From assembly GCA_001724265.1 (NCBI GenBank), contig MEDY01000016.1:124001-144168 (forward strand): a stretch of 20,168 nt of DNA, written 5' to 3'. A program made the position numbers and the translations under genes. The notes under the pieces were generated by a model that was not told the origin of the DNA, searched no databases, and saw only the letters and a program-made list of their open reading frames with translations. This document shows, piece after piece, positions 8,817 through 16,841 of this stretch (position 1 is its first letter; each line of letters opens with the position of its first letter). Source of the stretch: Rhizaria sp. SCN 62-66. Taxonomy: Eukaryota.

Positions 8817-10758
8817 TCAAGCAACGCCAACAAGGGCCAGCACCATCGCCGCCGTCGACAGGACGGTGACCGCCAGGGGGGCCACCACCGCGGCCGCAGC
8901 GTTCTCGTGCTCGGACACAAGGCGGCTTGACTTCGAGGGCGCCACAGCACCAGAAGCAGCAGCAGTAGTACTGGCCTTGCTGTCGCTCGCGCCGCTGCTA
9001 CTAGAGGAGAAGCTGAGTGGGAGGAAGGAGAAGAACCCCTTGCTGGTTGTGGCGGGCACAACGTAGTCCGGGTCGCGGCACACGTTACCGATGCAGTTGA
9101 ACGACGTGCAGTCCGAGGGCAGGACGCACACCGCAGTGTCGGCGCACTGTGGGCATGCCGTGCCGCCGCAGTCGACGCCCGTCTCGCCGTCGTCGCGCAC
9201 GCCGTTGAAGCACGAGCCCGGGATGACGCTCGACACGGCGGTGCCGATCTCGATGTCGTGGATCGACAGGAGCTCGCGGATGCGGCCGACGATCTTAAGG
9301 TTCGCGCTCGTGATGGCGCTCGCCAGCGCGGTCGTCGAGGCGCCCGTGCGCGGGTAGACGCCGACGGAGAGCGTGAGCGAGTCGCCCGCAAAGGAGCGGT
9401 ACTGCCACATGACGTGCGCGGTGCCGCACGTGGCGCTCGTCTGCTCGCAGTAGATGTTCTGCACCGCGAGGCGCTGCGCCTGCGTGAGCACGCGGCGGCG
9501 GTACACCACAAAGGACTGCATGACAAAGCTTTTGGCCGAGGGGTCGGCGGGGCGCGTGATGGCCGCCATGGACATCTCGAGCGTTTGGTCGATGACGGCG
9601 CTGTTCGAGGCGCGCGTGCGCACCACAGTCGAGTGGGTCATCCCGCGAGCCGTGGTGGGGTTGCGGACCAGCGTACACGACACGTACACGGGCTCCGAGT
9701 TCAGCACCGGGCCCTGGAAGCGGATTGTGATGAGTGAGGAGTCGATGGAGGTGGTGGTGGTGATGACGGCGGCTTGCGTGACGGTGCACTGCGTGCCGCT
9801 CTTGGACACGCCGTCCGTGGGCAGAGTGGGGTAGAACTCGAGCGGCATCAGCAAGTCCATCGAGTCGCCGGAGATGAGCGAGTTGGTAAGGGGCGAGATC
9901 GTGAACTGCATCGTGGTGGTGGCGTTGCCGCGGGGGTCTGTCGGGACAGCCTACGCGAATGAGAGAAAAGAGATATAAGAACACAATAACGCGAGTTAGC
10001 AAAATAAGTCACATATACAGTTAATAAATTCACACAACGTTAGGATAGTGAGCTCAATTAAGAAACAAGGGAAATATCATGCAATAAGCATCTTTGATGC
10101 CTGAGGAGTTGAGACGAACCTGGCGAATGACAGCGCCGAGGGGGCTGCGGACGAAGGCGTTGATGGCGACATTGGCGTTGGTGTCAAGTGCAACGGTGCC
10201 GCCCGAGGCATATGTGGAGACGCTGAGGAGCGGCGCGGAGATCTCCATGCGCGCGTTGGCGACGTTGGAGCAGACGAGGACGGTGACAAGCGAGGCCGTG
10301 TTGGTGAGCGTCATGTTGGTCGATAGAGTCCACGTGATTGTGCGCGTCGAAATGGTGCGCGTGGTAACACCGGCAACGGCGGAGTTGCCGTGCACAACGC
10401 CACACGACGTGGTCGAGTAAATGGTCATTTGCGTCGGCAGCTGCATCACAACGCGGCCGCCCGCGGTGAGCGTCGTAGGGATCGGCTGCAGCACCACGGT
10501 GAGGTCGGAGATGGCGCCCGTGTTCGTCAGAGCCGTGTACGCCACCGCGCGGGTCGTGCCGATGGTACCTACAAGAAAAGTACAGAAGGACAGCAAGGAA
10601 ACAGGGAAAGTTAGTGACATGGAGGGGCAAGGAAAAATGGTATTCAAGGAGCATCAGGGGTGGTTAAAGGGGCGTTACGTACCGGCATTAACGACGGAGA
10701 GAGCTGCACAAAGAAACGCACATAGCGCAAAAGCAAGCGCACGGCTAATGCCCGTCAT
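8817..10758 (-). CDS. Unknown cell-surface protein, signal peptide plus probable GPI anchor; exons 10758-10683, 10568-10120, 9950-8817, ~552 aa
   Basis: Signal peptide MTGISRALAFALCAFLCAALSVVNA. Introns 10682-10569 (GTACGT...GTAG, phase 1) and 10119-9951 (GTTCGT...GTAG, phase 0) keep the frame. Two Thr/Val-rich beta-type repeats, then a CFNGVRDDGETGVDCGG..C..C Cys module and a Ser/Ala linker. The hydrophobic C-terminus (ENAAAAVVAPLAVTVLSTAAMVLALVGVA) has no cytosolic tail. Confidence 0.82.
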
Positions 10759-11319
10759 GGAATTGCCGAGACGCGGCTGTGGCACAGAAACAAGCGAGCT
10801 GTGTGGATGATGAGGCGCGTTCAAGCGTTCTCCAAAAGGGGATTTGAACTGGGCGAGCAAGTGACAAAAAGGGACGCGGACATGAGCATAACATCCGTCA
10901 ACGCAATTAGAGAAATTAAATCCGTATACAAAATTACACAGGCACATCATACAAACAACTATATCATTAACCACTGACATTAGCACGACATAAAGACCAA
11001 ACTGTGGTTGCTCTCAACGTTCCCTTCACATCTACGACTGGTCGGTCGGTCGGTTGTGGTCGTGCAGTGACTGTGAGCAGAGTTGCATTTTTCGGAACCC
11101 GCAAATTCATTTTGGATCGGTCTACTTTCTTTGTTTTAGGCTCTCTAAGGGCTGAATGCACGAGGGAAAAGCGGCCTCCACACGTCGGCATTTGTATTTA
11201 GGGTTCAACCAAGAAATTTTCTGTGTTGTTATCTATCACGTCATTTTGTTTTCATTGGCTGAGTGCACATCCTCTCAGCTCTGCTGAACATGTTTGCGAG
11301 CGCCGGCCTCCCTGCCAAA

Positions 11320-11332
11320 CCAATCACGTGAC
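11320..11332 (+). promoter_or_regulatory. Putative CCAAT box fused to a CACGTG E/G-box about 90 nt upstream of the COX6A-like ATG
   Basis: Sequence CCAATCACGTGAC; position upstream of a start codon; function inferred only. Confidence 0.4.
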
Positions 11333-11419
11333 TTGCTCTCGGACCCGTCTTCTCACTGCTCCCCGCGCTTCCCCTTTGCTTCTCCGCCCTCGCCCTTGGC
11401 ATAATCACAGACAAGCAAC

Positions 11420-11969
11420 ATGGATATGCTCTCTTCCCAGAAGGTGTCTACCAAGCCTGACTTCATGACCGCCTTCAAGCGCATGAGTGCCCTTGCCAAG
11501 CCCATGGCCGCCGGCGAGCACCGTACGTCTTTCTTCCCACCCGCCTTCCTGCCATGTCCAGACACTTGTACTTTATGCGACTTGTCCACACAGATACTCA
11601 CTGTTATACTCTACCTCATGTCACATTGCCAAGCGCATTCGCTCACATCTTTATTTCCTCCTGACAAATTTAAATCCCTACCCACTATCCTCTTGTTGCT
11701 GCTTCCGCACTTGTTTCTGCTCAGGCATGATGATGCTCATGCAGGTTGCCACCGTCCTCTCGTGGCCCGCCATCGCCGCTTTCACCAAGTACACCATGGA
11801 CGCCGACAGCATCGAGCACCACGAGCGTCTTGCCAACATGACCCCCAAGTCCAAGTTCCCCTACCTCCAGAACCCTGGTGCCGTCCAGTACGCTTGGGGC
11901 ACCCCCTGCACGCTCTGGGACTTCGAGTGCGCCAAGAACCACCGCGATAAGATCAACCACAGCGAGTAA
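11420..11969 (+). CDS. COX6A: Probable cytochrome c oxidase subunit 6A (COX6A/Cox13); exons 11420-11522 and 11725-11969, 115 aa
   Basis: Phase-1 intron 11523-11724 (GTACGT...CTCAG). Small protein with one hydrophobic segment followed by EHHE...FPYL...YAWG.PCTLWDFEC. This resembles the COX6A H-rich...YPYL...FPWG...LF pattern, with the C-x-L-(F/W)-D-x-x-C tail I recall from protist homologues. Codon usage is of the high-expression type. Confidence 0.6.
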
Positions 11970-12511
11970 ATGCGCTGCGCGGACTAACACTCGTCGCCCT
12001 CGTCGTCACCGCTGCTGCTGAATGCTTCTGATGACACCGACTCTCAGCAGCTCAACTGCAGCACCGGCCGACACTAACCAAGCCCTCCATTGACCGCGCG
12101 TTTTGGCGCGTGGTTTTGAGTCGTTCACCAGTCTCTGGCGAACCAAAATTTTTATGTGGAGAAAGGAAGGGCGTTTCCCTTCGGTTCTTTCTCTCCCTCT
12201 TTACATACAGCTTTTCTTTTTGTTTCGATATCCCCACTAAAACGCTCCCACCACAAGCACATGCTGTAGTATGCCTCCTGCGAGTGAACATCTTGCAAGC
12301 CCTGACTCATCATCTCGTCCTGTCTCAATCTGACGGCCTTTGTTTAAATGCTCTCCTGAGACCACATTGAAGCTTTGTTTTATATAAACTCTTAAATCAG
12401 TTTTGTACCGATTGGTCGTTATCTTGTGCTATGCGTGATTTTCACTCACCCCACACGAACGTGTTCGAATCACACCCTCCTGTCCCTTTTATCGTGAATC
12501 ATACAGCATTA

Positions 12512-13790
12512 ATGGGTGCTGGTTCGTCAACTGACCAGGCAGCTGTGCCAAAGGCAACCGGAGGTACGTATATTCATTCTGTGTTTTCTAACTGTCCTAT
12601 CTTCCTCGTGATATACCTCAGTAAGTTTCACCCACTCACCTTCCCGATGTTACTTATCTCACTCTCCCTGTTCGCCCCCTTGCACCTCCACACTCAAACC
12701 ACAGGCTCTGGCCCCGATGTCATCCTTAACATCTACGAGCCGACGCAGGGCCAGTCTTCCGTGATGGGCATGGGCATCTACCACACTGGCATCGAGATCA
12801 GCGGCGTCGAGTACGCCTACGGCGGCGGCTCTGTCTCCGCCTCCGGAGTCTACACGCAGACCCCGCGCGAGGCGCCCCCCGGCTCGAGCTGGAAATTCAA
12901 GCTTGCGCAGCCGCTTGGCAAGGCGAAGGTGCCTTATGGCAAGATCGCGAGTGAGATGGACAAGGTTGGGGCCAAGTTCAAGGGTATGTTACTGTTCTAA
13001 TCAGCCACTCCATGTTCACAAGGATTTGCAAGATTGCGCGTACATATTTCTTTCTACGGATTTAAAAGCAATTCCTTTGCCTTCAAATTTTAATGAGATA
13101 TGTTGTTGCTAGTTTTCTTTGCTAGATATATTTATATCGCTCGAATTGATCGACTTTAATAACACCACGCTCACTGCTATTCGCCATCTTATCTTTTCTT
13201 GAATGCGCTCGCTCTTTAGCTGATGAGTACCATGTCACGGGCCGCAACTGCAACCACTTCACTGATGCCGCGGCCACGGCGCTGGGCGTGTCAGTCAACT
13301 ACCCGGGTTGGGTCAACAAGGCCGCCAAGATGGGACACATGTTTAAGTACGTCGTCCATTCCAAACACTCTCACGGCTATATCTCACTTAGAACGAAGCG
13401 GCTCTGGGCAAACATAGAGTATCTCTTGTTATATTGTCCTATACTTATATTTCAACAATAAGAGTTTTTGTTTGATCAACTGATCTTACATCGAGATATC
13501 CTCACATTTGTACATCTGATTTTGTTACATCTCTTCACTTCTCTCACAGCGGTGGCGGCTCCAGCGCGGCCAAGGAGGAGCCCGCGCCCAAGTCCGTCTT
13601 CGAGACGAGCAAGGGCCACACGCTTGATGGCTCCAAGGCCTCGGCGCCGTCGAAGAAGCCCGCTGCCGCGGCCGCCGGCGCTGACCCGGGCGCGGACAAC
13701 CCCTGGCGCAAGAAGGGGTTCAAGCCCCCGGGAATGGATCAGCTGCAGCAAGCAGAGGAGCCCGCGGTCGCACCGGCGGACAAGAAGTGA
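12512..13790 (+). CDS. DESI2: PPPDE/DeSI family deSUMOylase/deubiquitinase (DESI2-like); exons 12512-12563, 12705-12983, 13220-13346, 13550-13790, 232 aa
   Basis: Three GT-AG introns (phases 1, 1, 2) give V.LNIYE...GMGIYHTGIEISGVEYAYGG (catalytic His) and YHVTGRNCNHF (catalytic Cys), then YPGWVNKAA; stop TGA 13788-13790. Confidence 0.9.
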
Positions 13791-14071
13791 GCACGGCGAC
13801 GGACTCATGGAATGCAGCGAGGCGGCGGGTCAGACTTGCGCGTAGAGTAACCTGAACTGATTGCACATGTGAAGGGCCAAGAATACAACAATATTTCAAG
13901 ACTCACATCAAAATACTATCCCGTGTATATGTTGCTCTTTAGTGTATAGATTTATAATTTATGTTAGTTGTGTATTTTCACTTTAATATATGATCTATCT
14001 GACCCGACCGTGACTCAGATGATTCCTCGTAAGTCCGTCCGTAAGTCAAATCAAGTTGTTTTGCGACGAAC

Positions 14072-16240
14072 TCAGGCAATCCTCTGCAGGTATGCCACGT
14101 ACAGGGGGCCCCAAGGGCAGTTGGGCTGGTCCGGGCACAGCAGCCACCCGAGCTTTGTCGCCTCACCAATGCTGAGCTTGAACTTGATGATCTTGAGCAT
14201 CCCGGGATAGCGCTTCACGACCGCCGCCACGGCGCCGTCGTTCTCGAGCGGCGAGAGCGAGCACGTCGAGTACACCATGCGGCCGCCGACCTTGAGCGCG
14301 CGCACCGACGAGTCGAGCAGCGCGATCTGCCGCTTGGCCTGCGTGCGCGTCAAGGCCTCGGTCCAGTGCGCCAGGTGGCCATGGTCGTGAACCACGTGTC
14401 GGTCGCTCGAGCACGGCGCGTCCAGCAGCACGCAGTCAAACTCGCCGGGGCCGGGCAGCGCGGCGGCCGCGGCGGCAAGCCCGGCGGCGGCGGCCGCGGC
14501 GGCGACGGTCTTCTTGCTGCTCGCCGTGCCTTTGGCCTTCTCGGCGGCGACCGCGGCGGCCGTGGCGGCGGCGGCGGCCTTCTCGGCGGCCTTGCGCGTG
14601 TTGGCGTGCGTGACCGACGTGGCCGAGCTCAGCTGCTGCTTGCCGGTGCTATTGCGCGTGATGGCGCCGAACGAACTCACCGTCGTCGCGTCGACGTTGA
14701 CGACGTCGACACTCGGGATGAGCGAGAACGGTAGGTACTCGCGCATTACGGCACCGAGACGCTCGGAGCGGGAGCGCGAGACGTCGTTGACGACGAGCTT
14801 GGACCGGCGCAGCTTGGCGGTTAGCGCGGCCTGAGCCTCGCGCTCGTGCTCGCGCTCCTGCTCCTGCTCCTGCTGCGTCTTGATCGAAGTTGCCTCGTCA
14901 ACCTTGGCCTTATTGCCAGCGTCGTTGCCGTTCGCGTTGTCACCGCAGCTGCTGACATCGCAGTACCCGGCCGCGGCCGCCGCGTCGGCCTCTGCCAAAA
15001 GGGCCGCGTTCGTGGCCGCCGCAGTGAGGGCGTGGGGGCCCAACGTGATCCCCGTGCCCGCGCCCGCGTCAGCGACGGTGCCCGGGATGTAGTCCTGGCC
15101 GGAGAAGAGCCCCGTCTTGGTGACGTCGATGCCCGTGCCGGCGCCCTTGCGCAGCATGCTCACCAGCTCGGCCGTCGTCGTCTGCGCCCCGGTGTTCTCG
15201 GTCGCCTTGCGGCCGGTGTTGGTTCTCATACTGGCCTGAGCGTTATCCGCGTTGTCTTCGTGGTCAGAGTCAAGAACCCAGTTGGGCTCATCGAAGCCGA
15301 GGCCTTCCTCACCGTGCTCAGCACTGACGCTGGCGTTGGCGCTGGCCTCAGCAGCGGCCTCGGCCTTAACCTTCGCGATCAAGTCGTCAGCGCTCGCCTT
15401 GACGTCGGCACTCTCAGGCACAGCTGCGCTGTCGTTTGCAGCGGAGTTGTTGTTCTTGGCCGCGTTCGAGGCGACAAGCGCATGCGCGACGTTCGCCACG
15501 TTCTCAGGCGTTGCCGCGAGCGCAACTGGTTTCGCGTTGATGATCCAGCGGCTCATCGCGGCCGAGGTCGCCGCGGCTGTGTCGGCAAGCTCCTTGCGCG
15601 CGAACAACAGGTACGCCATCACGAGCGCCTTGCCACCGGGCGCGGCGCAGACGTCGAGCACGCGCTCTCCGGGCTGCGGGTTCAGCACCAGCGGCGCGCA
15701 CAGCGAGGCCGCGTCGAGCAGGTACCACCCGATGCGGTTCTGCAGCCCGCCGTAGACGTGCGGGCCCGGGACGGCCTCTCCGGCCAGCGATGCGAAGTAG
15801 GCCATGTCGCCCGGCATGGCGCCAACGCGGGGCAGTGCGGCGGGCCAGCGCACGTCCTGCGCCTCGGCCGCAGCCGTCGCAGCGGCCGCGGAGGGTGACA
15901 TGAGCATCGAGGCCGGAGAGGCGGAGGATGTGCTGATGGCGGTGCCGCCCGCGGCCGTCGCGTTCGCGGGCAGCGCGTCGGAGGGGAGAGAAAAAATCGA
16001 GAGATCCTTGGTGAAGGTGGCCGGGAGCGCGGTGAAGGGCACGGCGCGGATGCGGGCGAGCTCCTTGGAGATCCAGGGCGCCGGCACGAAGGGGTTGATC
16101 ACGGCGACGTGATCCACGGGGGCCTGCATCGCGCGGTAGAGCTTCTTCCAGCGCTTCTCGCCAAACGTCTTGATATGGAACGCGGAAAAGGCATCGAGAC
16201 CCATAGCCGGAGTGGCTGCGGAGGAGGTCGGTGCGCTCAT
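14072..16240 (-). CDS. NSUN3: NOL1/NOP2/Sun-family RNA m5C methyltransferase, NSUN3/NSUN4-like; intronless, 722 aa with Ala-rich insertions
   Basis: F..F....FG.KRW..L N-terminus; YLLDAAS...L...PGERVLDVCAAPGGK (motif I); NDVSRSRSERL; FDCVLLDAPCSSDRH (motif IV); YSTCSLSPLEND (motif VI); C-terminal WGPLYVAYL, like NSUN3 WGPMYVAKL. NSUN3 versus NSUN4 is not firmly resolved. Confidence 0.88.
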   Translation of the reverse strand: MSAPTSSAATPAMGLDAFSAFHIKTFGEKRWKKLYRAMQAPVDHVAVINPFVPAPWISKELARIRAVPFTALPATFTKDLSIFSLPSDALPANATAAGGTAISTSSASPASMLMSPSAAAATAAAEAQDVRWPAALPRVGAMPGDMAYFASLAGEAVPGPHVYGGLQNRIGWYLLDAASLCAPLVLNPQPGERVLDVCAAPGGKALVMAYLLFARKELADTAAATSAAMSRWIINAKPVALAATPENVANVAHALVASNAAKNNNSAANDSAAVPESADVKASADDLIAKVKAEAAAEASANASVSAEHGEEGLGFDEPNWVLDSDHEDNADNAQASMRTNTGRKATENTGAQTTTAELVSMLRKGAGTGIDVTKTGLFSGQDYIPGTVADAGAGTGITLGPHALTAAATNAALLAEADAAAAAGYCDVSSCGDNANGNDAGNKAKVDEATSIKTQQEQEQEREHEREAQAALTAKLRRSKLVVNDVSRSRSERLGAVMREYLPFSLIPSVDVVNVDATTVSSFGAITRNSTGKQQLSSATSVTHANTRKAAEKAAAAATAAAVAAEKAKGTASSKKTVAAAAAAAGLAAAAAALPGPGEFDCVLLDAPCSSDRHVVHDHGHLAHWTEALTRTQAKRQIALLDSSVRALKVGGRMVYSTCSLSPLENDGAVAAVVKRYPGMLKIIKFKLSIGEATKLGWLLCPDQPNCPWGPLYVAYLQRIA

Positions 16241-16591
16241 TTGAGGCTTGAGTTCGTTGCTTTAAGTCGGACGAAGGTGCTGCTTCGAGGACTCTGCGTG
16301 CGCACTGAAGGGCGGTGGGCTGTTGTCTGTGAGAGCTTCGGGATAAATACACAATTCACGTGTTAGTTGTACGCATGTGTGCTAAATACTTTCTAGGTGT
16401 TTCTTGAGATGACTGTTTGAGTGTGATGTACATGCTTGAATGCGACTTCAGTCGTGCCAAGAGCGCTTGTGGCAATATCATCTTAAAATTGTATAGCCCA
16501 CACTACGACGACCGTCAACATGAAAGATATAGGTAAAAGCACACATCAAATTGCAATTTAAATCAGACGCACAGTTCGTCATTGAAGAATA

Positions 16592-16603
16592 TGACGTCAT
16601 TGG
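16592..16603 (-). promoter_or_regulatory. Putative CCAAT box fused to a CRE palindrome (CCAATGACGTCA) about 350 nt upstream of the NSUN ATG
   Basis: Plus strand tgacgtcattgg; function inferred only. Confidence 0.35.
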
Positions 16604-16841
16604 CGTTCGTCACATCTTTGCTCAATCCTCGCAGCCTCACTGCACAGCCGAACAAGGCAGACGTGTCAACGTGCACAAAACTTCATACTTCAAGACTTAA
16701 TCACCCATTGTGTGAGCAAACCCCGACATAGCGACAATCAAAGACAAATTCACAATGTTTACATATCATATCTATGTTTTATTGTTAAGGGCCTTGGCCT
16801 TGGCCTTCATACATGTGTTTTAGAAAATGGTTACTATGGAT

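Noticed and set aside
11100-11120. ATTTTGG Sm-site-like sequence suggesting an SL or snRNA gene
   Set aside because: No recognisable snRNA sequence or convincing flanking stems; a 7-mer in AT-rich intergenic DNA is uninformative.
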